A DNA stretch of 58,706 nucleotides, the filler included, from Hemiscyllium ocellatum (taxonomy: Eukaryota), in assembly GCF_020745735.1 (NCBI RefSeq). It is 4 parts of 4 records of this genome, joined end to end, with 100 filler letters (N's around TTAATTAATTAA, not from the genome) between each part and the next. Parts side by side here need not be neighbours in the genome. Positions count along the whole stretch, not along the records: positions 1 to 19,312 come from NC_083409.1; positions 19,413 to 47,251 come from NC_083448.1; 2 more parts are not named here. One strand, written 5' to 3'. Below are positions 11,034 to 22,977 of the stretch, piece by piece. Every line of letters starts with the position of its first letter. Within the stretch, counting starts at the first letter, position 1. Below the pieces are notes generated by a model. The model saw nothing but the letters and a program-made list of their open reading frames with translations. It was not told where the DNA came from and did not search any database. The position numbers and the translations under genes are program-made.

Positions 11034-11361
11034 CTACACACATTCTGATCTCCTGATGCTCTTGCTGAGGGGAGAGGGGAGGGTCACGTGGGTGAGGGCA
11101 CAGGAGAAGCGAGCGTTGGACTCCCAGTCAGACCCAGAGAGGGTCAGCAGGCTGCTGACACTGTAGGTGCTGTCCGAAGCTCGCAGGTAGTTGCTGGTCT
11201 GAACCCCGTCCGAAATGACTGCACCTTCCTTCTTCCACTGCACCTCCAGCTCATCGGGATAGAAGTGATTGGCAAGGCACACCAGGGTGGCAGTGCCCTT
11301 GGCATTGACCTGCTCCGGGGAGGGGGCAGCAGGGTCAGCTTGGGCTGAGAGTTGTCACGGC
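11034..11361 (-). CDS. IGKC: Ig light-chain constant exon, kappa type (copy A); reads with a 1-nt frameshift at 11322-11326
   Basis: Acceptor 'tcttatctttcag|GC CGT GAC' (phase 1). Translation RDNSQPKLTLLP/PSPEQVNAKGTATLVCLANHFYPDELEVQWKK...YSVSSLLTLSGSDWESNARFSCALTHVTLPSPLSKSIRRSECV* is a C1-set domain with both Cys, the Trp and a terminal EC motif. Closely resembles shark kappa (nurse shark NS4 type) as I recall it. Confidence 0.9.
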
Positions 11362-11829
11362 CTGAAAGATAAGAGGAACAAGTTTAATCCCTGTCATTCG
11401 AAGGGAATTCAACCTTCACAATATTCACTGGCAATACAATCTTTTTGAACATTTTTGGTCAATACAGAATAAACCTGACAAATGAACAAGCATTGTTCAA
11501 ATTGCTTCCTGGGAATGTGAGTGTCACTGGCAGGGCCAGCATTTATTGCCCATCCCTAATTGCCCCTGAGAAGGTGATGGTGAAGCAGCAGAGAGAGAAG
11601 GGACAGTTTTAGACCATTGTTTATGGAATGACTGTGAGCAACTGGAAGGGTTATCACTGGGGGAGCATTTCAGCGACAGTGCTCAAAACTCAGTGAGATT
11701 GAGACTATGGATGGAAGTGCAGTAAGTGCAAAAGTTTTCATTTAACTAAACTGTGTGGTGCTTTGGTAAAAGTGGACTGGAAGCAGTGACATGATGGGAA
11801 ATCAGTGTCAAGGCAGTGGGAGCCCTTGA

Positions 11830-13330
11830 ATGACGAGTCAGAGATCATTCAGAATCTGTTCCTACAAAGAGTAAAGGTGGGACTTCCAGATCTAGACCAA
11901 ATGAACAAGAGGATTGGGACCATGTCCTGACATGGATTGGGTACTGGTTGGCCGACAGCACAGAAAGAAGGAGTCTTTTTCTGAATGGCAGGTAATTACA
12001 ACTTAGGGTGTCACAAGGGTCAGTCCTTGGTACCCAGTTATTCATAATATATAATAATAGGGTCAAAGATTCATAGAGACCGAAAAGGCTCATCAGCCAA
12101 TTGTGTCCATATTGGTCAACAGACAACAACCCAATAATTGTCATCCATTTTTCCAGCAAAAGGGAATTAGATGCAATGTGTATTAAAGAAGGAATTAGAT
12201 ATAGTTCTTAGGATTAAAGGGATCAAAGAATATGGGGAGAAAGCATAACAGGGGACTGTGTTGGATGATCAGCCATGATCATACTGAATGGTGGAGCAGG
12301 CCTGAAGGGCCGAATGGCCTACTGCTGCTCCTGTGTTTGATTTTTCAATCTGTTTCTCAGATAATGAAGGAATGTCTCTCGTCAGTTTGAAGCTGGAAGT
12401 CAGATGGGTGTGGAGCTGGAAGATGTGACCATGGTGATTAATGCAGGTCAGTGAGGTGGTTCAGAAGACACATGGGATAAACTGTTTTTCTTTTTCCCTT
12501 GATGGAATGAGGGCATTGCTGGATCGGCAGCATTTATTGCCCATCCCTAATCACCCAAAGGGCAGTTTAGAGTCACCCACATTGCTGTGGGTCTGGGGTC
12601 ACATGGTAAGGATGGCAGTTTCCTTCCTAAAGGACATTAGGGAATCAGGTGCTTTTTCCTGACAATCAACAATTGTTTCATGGTCATCATTAGACTCTTA
12701 ATTGCAGATTTTCTTGATTGAATTTGAATGCCACCATCTGCTGGATTCTAACCCTGGTCCCCAGAACATTATCTGGATCTCTGGATTAACAGCTCAGCAA
12801 TAACACCATTAGAACATCACCTCCCTTATCTCATTTTTGGTTGACTGTGAAAGCAAGAAGTTTGTTTATTTTGGAACTGTATAAAACCCCAGTTAGAGCA
12901 CAGTGAGAGAACTGTGTATGGTTCTGGTCACCACATTACAGGACAGAGGAGTAGTTTATCTGGAATGGGGGCTTTGAGCTTTGCGGAATGATTGGATTGG
13001 CTGGGACTGTTTTCTTTGGATCGCAGGAGGCTGAGGGGAGATTTGATGGTGGTGTGTAAATAATGAGGGGCTTGGACAGAGTGGGTAGGAAGGACTGATT
13101 TCCACCAGCACAGAGGGCAATAACCCTGGGGAGAGATTGAAATCAGTTGGGGGCAGGATTAGAGGGGAGTTGAGGGTATTTGTTTTCACCCAGAGGTTGG
13201 TGGGATGTGGGACTCACTGTCTGAAAGGGTGGGAGAGGCAGAAACCCTCATCACATTGAAAAAACACTTAGATATTCACTTGAAACAGCGAAACCTCCAG
13301 AGCTATGGAGCAAGAGCTGGAAAGTGGGAT
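11830..13330 (+). mobile_element. Decayed CR1 fragments interrupted by a tRNA-headed SINE (12495-12826, minus)
   Basis: CR1 motifs 'ggtgtcacaagggtcagtccttgg' and 3' ends 'gggccgaatggcctactgctgctcc'; SINE motif 'gcatttattgcccatccctaat'. Confidence 0.7.
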
Positions 13331-13624
13331 GGAGCTCGATATCTCTTTAACAAACCTCCGATCCCCCACAGATCAGGAGAACTTTGTCCGAGAACATTGG
13401 CGCAGACTCGGATCCACACACTTCGGGAAAGAGTCACGTTGGGTGTCTGTGTAGAAGGTTCTAGATTATATTTCAAACCTTGCTGCACACTGCTGGGCTG
13501 AGGTCAAGGGTGAGGCTGCAAATAGTCTCAGTGTCCTAGGGTCAGATAGGGTCACTGCTCCTAATGACCTCATGACCCCGGAAGGTGAGAGTGCGCAGAC
13601 AATGGATGAGGATCTGGATCAGGA

Positions 13625-13870
13625 GACTCCAACCCTTAAAGAAAGACTTGCATTTGTGTAGCACCTGCCCCCAGCTCAGGATGTCCCACTGGATCTTTCT
13701 AGCAGACTGTGCACAGCGAGATCCCAAACACCATGTGATAATTAGCAGAGAAATACATTCTGAGTGATTTTGACTGTGGGATAAATATTGACCAGGGACA
13801 CCAGAGGGAACTGCCTGCTCTTCATCCAATAGTGCCATGGAATGGCATCTTTCACAACTGAAAGACTCTC
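13625..13870 (-). mobile_element. Deu-domain SINE (SacSINE1/AmnSINE-like) fragment
   Basis: 'gataaatattgaccagggacacc', 'atagtgccatgg' and 'cacagcgagatcccaaac' are reverse complements of Deu-SINE motifs also seen at 14600, 26890, 40350 and 53085. Confidence 0.65.
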
Positions 13871-13879
13871 AGTTCATCC

Positions 13880-14570
13880 AAAAAATGAAGAATAGTTCCT
13901 TGAAGATGAAGTTGCAGGTAGGTAAGGGAGTGACGAAGTCATTTGGTTTGCTTTCCTTTATTGGTCAGTGCAATGATTATTGGAGTTGGGAGCTGTTGCG
14001 GCTGTACAGGACATTGGTTAGGGCACTTTTGGAATACTGTGTGCAATTCTGGTCTCCCTGCTACAGGAAAAATGTTGTGAATCTTAAAATGGTTCAGAAA
14101 AGATTTACAAAGATGTTGCCAAGGTCGGAGGATTTGAGCAAAAGGGAGAGGCTGAATGGGCTGGGGCTGTTTTCCCTGGATCATTGCAGGTTGATGGGTG
14201 ACCGTATAGAGGTTTATAAAATCATGAGCGGCATAGATAGGGTGAATACAGAAGATCTTTTCTCCAGAGCAGGGGAGTCCAGAACTGGAGGGCATAGGCT
14301 GACGGTGACAGGGGAAAGATTTAAAAGGGACCTAAGGGACAACGTTTTCATTCAGAGGGTGTTAAATGTATGGAATGAGCTGCCAGAGGAGGTGGTGAAG
14401 GCTGGGACAATTACAACATTTAAAAGGCATGGGTATATTAATAGGAAGAGTTTAGAGGGATATGGGCCAAATGCTGGCAAATGGGACTAGATTAATTTTG
14501 GATATTTGGTCAGCATGAACGAGTTGGACCGAAGGGTCTGATTCTGTGCTGTCCATCCCTCTGACTCTAA
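13880..14570 (+). mobile_element. HER1/CR1 LINE 3' end
   Basis: ORF 'LRLYRTLVRALLEYCVQFWSPCYRK...WNELPEEVV...GYGPNAGKWD*' followed by the tail 'ttggaccgaagggtctg...ctgactcta'. Confidence 0.92.
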
Positions 14571-14599
14571 TTGTATTTCAATCCAGCCCTTAACACTTC

Positions 14600-14760
14600 A
14601 GGCTCTCCCAAAGACATTTTCAGGCATTTTTGGTTGACAAGCAGTCACTGTTGCAATGTCAGTAACGTAGCAGCCAGTTTCTGCACAGCAAGATCCCACT
14701 AGAAGCAATGAGATCAAAAAGCAATAATGATGTTGGCTCAACGATAAATATTGTCCTGAA
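14600..14760 (-). mobile_element. Deu-domain SINE fragment, paralogous to 53085-53320
   Basis: 'gcagccagtttctgcacagcaagatccca' and 'gataaatattg'; the same element lies at the equivalent position upstream of C copy B. Confidence 0.65.
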
Positions 14761-14929
14761 CTCAACCCAAAGAGAAAGGAATTTGGTTCAGTTGGATGGA
14801 AAATGAGAAAATGGAAGGTAAAGGAGAAGGTAGGATTGCTGGTTAGTGATGGGATTGATTGTTACCAGAAAATAAAAGGGATGGAAGTTTTGAACATCAA
14901 AGGAACCATGAAAGTGCAGGGAAAATCAA

Positions 14930-17900
14930 TAATAGTACAAACTTAAAGAGGTTGTATCTAAATGCACAAAGCATTCCGAGTAAGGGAGTAATAGTGATGC
15001 CACAAATCGAGGTAAATTGAGTTTCTAAGGAATTTAAGCTAGTTAAAGTGGAGGAGGGCTCAGGAAAGGTTATTCAAGTTTCTAGAAGATGTAAAAGGAC
15101 AGAGAGTACAGAAAGGATCAGGAATCAAACATAAAGCACAGCAGATAAGGGGACAATGATGGGAATGAGGGCAGTCAATGCAGGACTGAGGGTGTTGTAC
15201 TTAAATGCACACAGTATACACAATGGGCTGGTAGTGCAGATTGAAACTGGCAGGTACGATGTTGTGGGTATCACAGAGACATGGCTGTAAGGGGATCCGG
15301 GCTGGGAACTAAATATCCAAGGATCCATGTCCTATCAAAAGGACGGGCAGATGGGCAGAGGGGGAAGAGTTGCCTTGTTAGTGAGAAATGAAATTAAATC
15401 AATAGCAAGAAGTGATGTAGAGTTAGAAGGTGTAGAATCTGTGTGGGTAGAGCTGAGGAACTGCAATAAATAAAGAATCTGATGAAAGTTATGTCCAGAT
15501 CTCCAAGCAGTGACCAGGGTGTGGGGAAGGAAATCAGTCAGGAGACAGAAAATGTCAGGGCAGACTTCAATGGATAGGTGGGCTGGGTAGTGTATCTCAA
15601 CGAAAGGTTTCATAGAATGTCGACGAGATGGATTTTGGAGCAGCTTGTGGTAGAGCCATGATGGAACAGGCAGGTCTGGATTCAGTGATGTGTATTGAGG
15701 CAAACATGATGAGTGAGTTTAAGATGAAAGTATCCCTGTGGATAAGTGACAATAATATGATAGAATTCCCCCTGTAGTTTGAGAGGGAGAAGCTGTAATC
15801 AGTTGGAACAGTATTTCAGTTGAGTAAAGGTAACTCCAAAGACATGAGGAAGGAGCTGGCCAGAGCTGGTTGGAAGGGGAGCCGAGCAGGTAAGATGGTG
15901 GGACAGCAAACAGCAGAGTTTCTGGGGGTAATTCAGGAAGCAGAACAGGAATTCATCCCAAAAAAGAAGAAACATACCAAGGGGAGGACAAGGCAACCAT
16001 GGCTGATGGGGGAGGTCAAGGACAGCATAGAAGCAAAAGAAAAGGCATACAATATGGTGGAGAATAGTGGGAAGCCGGAGGATTAGGAAGCCTTTAAAAA
16101 CCTGCAGGGGACAACTGGAAAATCATTAAGGGTGGAGAATGTGAAATGTGGGAGTTATCTAGCCAGTAATATAAAAGAAGATTGCAGGAGTTTTATCAGG
16201 TGTATAAAAAGGAAGAGGGAGTCAAAAATAGACTATGGATCACTGGAAAATGAGGCTGGAGAAAGAATAACAGGAAAATTAGGAATAGCAGAGGAATTGA
16301 ATAGATACTTTGCATCAGTCTGCACCATGGAAAACACCAGCAGTGTCCCAGTAATTCAAGACTGTCAGGGGTCGGAGGGGCGTGTAGTGGCCATCACTAA
16401 GGAGGAGGTACTGGGGAAGCTGGAAGGTCTGAATGTGGATAACTCACCCAGACTGGATGAACTACACCAGTGTGTTCTGAAGGAGATCACTGAGGAGATT
16501 GTGGAGGTATTGGAGATGATCTTTCAGTAATCAATGGAGTCAGGGTATGGAGGTGAGGTGGGGACGGATTTGGTAGGGGCAAGGGACAGGAAAATGGCTC
16601 ACATACCACCCCTGTTTAAGAATGGAGGGAGGTAGAAGATGGGCCATTATTGGCCAGTTAGCCAGGACTCAGTTGTTGGTAAGGTTTTAGACTTCAATTT
16701 AAGGATGAAATTGCAGAGGACTTGGAAGTGCAATGGCTTCATCAAGGAGATATCATGCCTGGCAAATCTGTTAGAATTCTTTGAGGAGGCAATGAACCAA
16801 TCAGACAAAAGAGAGTCCGAGGAAGTAATCTTTTTGGATTTCCAGAAGGCATTTGACATAGGATAAGCGCCCACAGTGTTAGGGGCAATGTACTGGCATG
16901 GACTGAGGACTGGCAGGTTGGCATAAAGCAGAGCGTGAGGAACAATGGCCGCTGGTGACTAGTAGAGTTCTGCAGGTGTCAATGTTAGGGCCATAACTAT
17001 TCACGTCATACATTAACAATCTGGATGAAGGAAGTGAAGACACTGTTGCTAAGTTTGCAGGTGACATGAGGTAGGTGAAGGGACAGGTAGTGTTAAGGAA
17101 GTGGGAAGGCTGTAAAAGCTCCTGGATAGGCTCGGAGAGTGGGCAAAGAGTTGGCAGATAGAATACAATGTGTTACAGTGTGAGGGTATGCACTTTGGGA
17201 GGAAGAACAGATGCAAAGACTGTTTTCTAAATGAGGAAAGTCTTTGGAAATCTAAAGCACAAACCTCATTCAGGTTTCCCTTCAGGTTAATAGGCAGGTC
17301 CAGTTTGTGCTTGGGAAGGCAAATGAAATGATAGCATTCATTTCAGTAGGGCCAGAATACAAGAGCAGAGATGTACTGCTGAGGCTGTGTAAGGCTCTGG
17401 TCAAACCACATTTGGAATATTGTGAGCAGATTTGGGACCCATATTCTAAGAAACAACGTGCTGGCATTGAAGGGGTTTACAAGAATGATCCTGGGGATGA
17501 AAGGCTTGTCATATGAGGCGTGGTTGAGGACTCTGGGTCTGTACTTACTGGAGTTTAGAAGAATGAGGGACCTTATTGAAATTTACAGAATACTGATAGA
17601 CATGCGTAGAGTGAATGCAGAGAAGATGTTTCCAAAAACAGGAGAGACTCAGTAACCAAGGTGCAGCCTCAGAATGAAGGGCCGACCCTTTAGAGCTGAG
17701 ATAAGGAGGACTTTCTTCAGCCAGAGGGTGGTGAATCTGTGGAACTCATTGTTACAGAGGGCAGTGGAGGCCAAGTCACTGAGTGTATTAAAGACAGAGA
17801 TGGATAGGTTTGTGATTGTTAAGGGGATCGAACGTTCCTGTGGAGTAGGCAGGAGAATGGGGGTGAGAAGCATATCTGCCAAGATCAAATGGCAGAGCAG

Positions 17901-17940
17901 ATTCAATGGGCTGAATGGCTGATTTCTGCTCCTATTTCTT
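14930..17940 (+). mobile_element. Long degenerate CR1 LINE ORF2 (endonuclease plus RT) with 3' end
   Basis: Endonuclease start 'ttgtacttaaatgcacacagt' and 'ggtatcacagagacatggctg'; RT 'EFFEEA...DFQKAFD', 'KFAGD', 'PHLEYCEQIW', 'RVVNLWNSL'. Many stops. Confidence 0.92.
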
Positions 17941-18059
17941 AAAGACTTCTGGAGAGTTTTCCCAAAATCCTGGAACACTGAACCCACTGGACTGTGAGCC
18001 CTGCTGGAGCTGTTTGTCATTAGAACTTTGCCCAGAGACAACCAAAGAGTGGAGAAAGT

Positions 18060-19312
18060 GTGCATCCATGTGGGAATTTCAGAATGCTTCCCAGTTCCTG
18101 GAATACCATGAGTGCAGGAAGTGTGGTCAGTGACAGCAGTTGGAGCTCCGGATTTCGGAGCTTGAGCAGCAGCTGGTGTCAGTGAGGAGCGTCCGTGAGG
18201 CTGAGAGCTCCGTGGAGAGCACATTTCTAGATGTGGTCACTCTGCAGCTTCAGAGTATGCAGGGAGACAGGGAATGGGGGAGCAGCAGCCAGTCCAAAAG
18301 GACCAGGCAGCTAGTACAGGAATCCCCTGAATGTATCCCACTCTCCAACCAGGATTCAGTTTGGAATCCTGATGAGAATGATGGTTCATCTGGGGAGTGC
18401 ATCCAGAGCCAAACCCATGGCACCACTGGTGGCTCAGCTGTATTGGGGGGAGGGGGGTATAAGGAAGACTGGAAGACTGATCATGAAAGGAGATTCGAGA
18501 GTGAGGTCATCGATAGGTATTTCTGCAGCTGCAGATGGGAATCCAGGATGGTGTGTTGTCTCCCTGGTGCCAGGGTGAAGGATGTCACTGAGCGACTGCA
18601 GAGCACCCTGAGGGGAGAGGGGGAACAGGCAGCAGTCGTGGTCCACATCGGTCCCAGTGACAGAGGGAGAAAGGGGATGTAGTCCTGCTGTCAGAATTTA
18701 GGGAGCTCAGAAGGGAATTAACATCAGAAACTCAAAAGTAGGAATCTTCAGATTGCTCCCAGTGCCCCAGGCAAGTGACAAGAGGAGCAGAAGGATAACA
18801 CAAGTGACTGTGGGACTGGAAAGAGGATCCAGGAGGGAGGGTTTTAGATTCTTGTGACATTGGGACTGGGTCTGGGGGAGATGGGACCTGGATAGACCAG
18901 ACAGCGTTGGTCCTGAACAGAACTGGCACTGAGCTCCTTTGAGGTGATCTACTCGTGCTGTTGGAGAGGGTTTAAACTAACTTGGCAGAGCTGTGGGAGT
19001 CAGGAAGTAATACCAGAGAGGAGCACCAAGATCTACAGAATCATCAGTGCAGTCCATAAGTCACCAGCCAGTGGGAAAGATTTAGAGGAATACATTTGCA
19101 AGGAATTTACAGTGACCTGCAAATGTAATAGTCATTATAAATGGGGTGGGGGGGGGGGGAATGTCTTTAATTTCTGAATATAGACTGGGGTAGTAGCAGT
19201 GAGAAGGACAGGGTCGTGAGAGTGTGTTCATGTGAATTTTCTCCAGCCGCAGGTTTCCAGTCCAGAAAGGAGGTTCTGCTAGATCTGGATCTTGGGAATG
19301 AGGAGGCCCAGA
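18060..19312 (+). mobile_element. CR1 ORF1 (Zn-finger/coiled coil plus SGNH esterase) fragment running into ORF2
   Basis: 'CRKCGQ', 'LELRISELEQQL', 'MVCCLPGARVKDVTERLQSTLRGEGEQAAVVVHIG' are the CR1 ORF1 esterase pattern. Confidence 0.88.
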
Positions 19313-19412
19313 NNNNNNNNNNNNNNNNNNNNNNNNNNNNNNNNNNNNNNNNNNNNTTAATTAATTAANNNNNNNNNNNNNNNNNNNNNNNNNNNNNNNN
19401 NNNNNNNNNNNN
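19313..19412. other. Artificial 100-bp join (44N-TTAATTAATTAA-44N)
   Basis: Identical cassette occurs three times; the core has stop codons in all six frames. Confidence 0.95.
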
Positions 19413-19739
19413 TCCCTTGACCAGCGTCTCCTCACTCCCTACTTTTTCCAAATGTCAGATACCCTTCAATGTACAAGCCCGAGGCTTGGTCACCCTGCAA
19501 CAATGTTCCTGTCATGTCCATCATGTTTATTTCCAAGTACACCCACTTTGTTAAGAATAGCTGCACACACTCAGATACTCAGCTTTGATATCAGAATGCT
19601 CCCTCTGGTCCTGTCTGTGTGCTGCTGGTGTGCATGTAAGGTTATACACTCTGTCACTCTCTGCTGCATCCCTGTTTTCAGTCCCCAAAGCAGACCCACA
19701 TGGAATTTTTATTATTTTCCTCTGACTTATTTTATTTGT

Positions 19740-20055
19740 TCATGGCATGTGGGTTGGCACTGGCGAGGACAGTATTGGTCGCCCATCCCTAATTGCCCAG
19801 AGGGCAGCTAAGAGTCAATCACGTTGCTGAGGTTTGGAGTCACACATCAGCTAAACAAGGTAAAAACACCAGATTTCCTTCCCTGCAGGATGTTACTCAA
19901 CCAGGTGGGGTTTAAGAATAATCGGCAATGGTTACGTGCTGGGCCTGAGACTTTTCTCATCCAGATTGTTAAGGAATTCTGAAGTCACCATCTGCTGTGG
20001 TGGGGTTTGAACCCCATGTCCCCAGAACATGACCTGAGCTGTCGGATTGCTTGGA
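19740..20055 (-). mobile_element. tRNA-headed shark SINE
   Basis: 'cgcccatccctaattgccc', 'ggagtcacacat', 'gggtttgaaccccatgtccccag'. Confidence 0.75.
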
Positions 20056-21149
20056 TTGTGGTTCCTTTCAGAAGATCCCTTCTCCCCTCTAATTGGTTAA
20101 AACCCACTCTACTGCTGCAGCTAGATGGCTCACCACAACGGGGATCCCAACTTGACCAAGTCAAGTCCATCGCAGTAACACAGTCCCCACTTTTCCCATC
20201 ACCAGCACCACTGCCCAATGAATGCAAATCCATTTCTCCCACACCAGTGTCTCAGCCTCCCCTCTCCAATGGGTTTGGCTCTGGGTCAACCAGCTTATGG
20301 CTCAGGTAATAGTCCTGAGCTTTTTACCTTGGAGAATCTGCCTCATCACTGAGCTTCTCGTCATCCCTGAACAGAGTTACCTTCGGAGCCCTGTGTGTGT
20401 GGTTGTTACACACATGGATTGCAACAACAACTGGAGCCTCCCCTTCCCACTGTGAACTCGACCCCAGCCTCGAACAGACAATGTGGGCCTTGACACTGAG
20501 CAGGCAGCTGGGCTGTCCCCTCTCATGCCATCAGCTGCTGACAACCAGCTGTATCCCCCGGGCTGCTTGCACCCCCACCCCACCCCAACGCTCTGAAATA
20601 GTCTCATTTGATCTTTGCTGGAAACCTGTCAGGACAGAGAAGTTTACCATCCCACTGGAAGCTCTGTCCCTGTGGCTGTGTGGACTCCCTCAGGCCTGTA
20701 CATGGGTCTGACAGCTTGGTTTGGAATCTAAACCTTGCAAGCTCAAATATAAATGTGCAGGCTACATGAGCCATTGAGTCAAACTGGCAGCATTACCACA
20801 AGGCACGGGGAGAGGATTAAAATGTGTCCCAAATCAGCTAAACTACTAACCAGCTGTGACCGCTGTGGTACAGGGCCCTTGTCTGTGAGGCGAAAGCATG
20901 GCTTAAGGCCATACTGTAAATGTGATGCTGTCTCTGGCTGAATACAAAAGGTTGTGAATGGACACCTCTGTCAGCGAGGAGACACAGAGGATGCTGACAT
21001 TGGGACTGAGTCTGAATAAAAACACAAACAACTGCAGATGGTTCAGACTGCAATGTGAGATGGTTACTTGACAGTCTCCCTTTGAAGAAGGATCCTGCCT
21101 TTCCACGGATCTTCAGGAGAAAATCTCAATGTCTGCAAACTGTGCGAAG

Positions 21150-22010
21150 GACAAGACCTTCAGAGGGACAAAGTAGGCACTCACATGTTGTTGGATTGGG
21201 CAGACAGGTGGCAGATGCAGTTCAGCGTAGGGAAGTGGGAGGAGAAACATGGAGAGACAATATGAAATGAATGACACAATAAAAACATCTTTAAAGGGGG
21301 TGCAGGAACCTGCAGAGGAACCTGCGTGTATTTGTGCTTAAGTTCTTGAAGATAGCAGGATGGGTGGAGAGAGAAGTTCATAATGCACACAATCTCTTCA
21401 GCTTTTTCTAATAGCAGCATAGAGCACAAGAGCAAAGCAGTGATGTTGAACTTGTTTAAGACACCAGTTCAGTCTCAGCCGGAGCTCTGTGTAGGGAAGG
21501 ATGTGAAGACAATGGTGAGAGTGCAGAACAGAACGGTTCCAGAAGTGAGGAATCTCAGATATGGAGACAGACTGGAGAAGATGAGACTTGGGGAGAATGG
21601 AAACCTTCAAAATCATGAGAGGTCTGGGAAGAGTAAATATGGAGGAAATGTTCCCTCTGGTGAAAGGATTGAGGATGAGAGGGTGTAGATTTGAAGTAAT
21701 TAATGAGAAACAAAAGTGATATGAGGAATATCTTTTTCATGATATAATTATTTAACTTCCAGAATGCATTATCATGAGAAGGTGATGGACGCAACTTCAC
21801 TTGAGTATTTAGGGTCTGGAATGTACTGTCTGAGAGTGTGGGGAAGGCAGGATCACTGAAGGCTCTCTGATGGTATTTAGACAATATTTTGAGAAGGGAC
21901 AATGAGCAGGCGATTGGCACTATTGTGAGCTGGGATTTCAACAGCCAGTGCAGACAAAATGGACAGAATGCTCTCCTCCTGCTGGGTATGAATGGTGATG
22001 TGATGATGCC
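21150..22010 (+). mobile_element. Heavily decayed CR1 RT 3' region
   Basis: 'gacaggtggcagatgcagttcag', 'gcatagagcacaagagcaaagcagtgatgttgaacttgtttaagacacc', 3' end 'gacagaatgctctcctcctg'. Confidence 0.75.
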
Positions 22011-22977
22011 TCAGCCAGCAGATCTCTCCTCTCAGAGTCAGCGGGATTGAGAATGAGCCACCAGAACTGAGCACATAATCGTGGCTTCTCAGTAGTTTTC
22101 CCACCCAGAGAGTGCTGCCCTGTTATTGGTGCCACACATCTATTTACCCTCTCTGGTAGCTGGAGAAGATTCCATTGTTGGGAGATGCACAGAGGAGATC
22201 TCCTCACTGTCCTGACTAATCTTTACCTCTCCACCTACATCTATCCCCTTGCTGCTGCTACTGTCTCCTTCTCAATGGACAAGTGCTCAGAGATTCCTTG
22301 GGACGTCGCTGACCCAGTGGGCTGTAATAGTTCCATCTTCCCTGCTCTGGGAGCCATGATCTGCCCCATGGCTGATCATCATTGACCAGCCCGAGTTGTT
22401 CATTGTCGAGAGGAGTTGTTTGCTCCTGGTGGGTCTGGGTCAGGGATGACTGAACTGCTGCCAGTCCACAGCAGCTGTGATAGTGATCAGATTGGGGAAT
22501 CCAGCAATCCCAGCAAACATCACACTGTGTGCCTCTGACAGATCCAGTCTGGAATCAGTTAAAATGCTGGTGTTTTCATTCCCCCCCCCCCACCCACCCC
22601 ATAAGAGGTTTAATTTGTCCTGAAATGATTGCTCCCCTGATTCTGAACTGGAGAATTCAATGTGGATCTGACTGAGAATTTCATACCCTGCTGTTTTAGC
22701 TCAGTGGTTCCCTGCATCTATTTCTTTAACTGGAGTTTTCTGATTCCTATGAGCTGACTGAATCTGTCCATTAATTCATGTGGAATTCTCCCTCTCTGTT
22801 CCCTCACTGATAATTACTGACTGACCTTCTGCACTGAATCATTTGGAGCAAACAGGTAAATGTCACATTTCCCTCCCCCTCCCCCCAACTTTTGCAGTGG
22901 GGGCAAAATTGCCTGCCAAGTGGCACCCTCCTTCCTCCCCCCCACACCCCCTGGACACAAACACTGAAGGCACTCAC

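Noticed and set aside
11088-11348. 87-aa plus-strand ORF and its twin at 54035-54295 (minus)
   Set aside because: Antisense shadows of the GC-rich kappa C exons.
13837-14490. 217-aa ORF and other long ORFs (6725-7729, 18140-18682, 47902-48657, 51236-51724) as host genes
   Set aside because: All are fragments of CR1 or Penelope ORFs with recognisable RT, endonuclease or esterase motifs, or frameshifted readings of them.
19357-19368. TTAATTAATTAA as a biological palindrome, PacI site or homeodomain site
   Set aside because: It sits within Ns in an identical 100-bp cassette three times, so it is synthetic.
20222-20229. Octamer ATTTGCAT (minus strand) as a V-kappa promoter
   Set aside because: The downstream ATG encodes a non-hydrophobic peptide, and no V exon or RSS follows.
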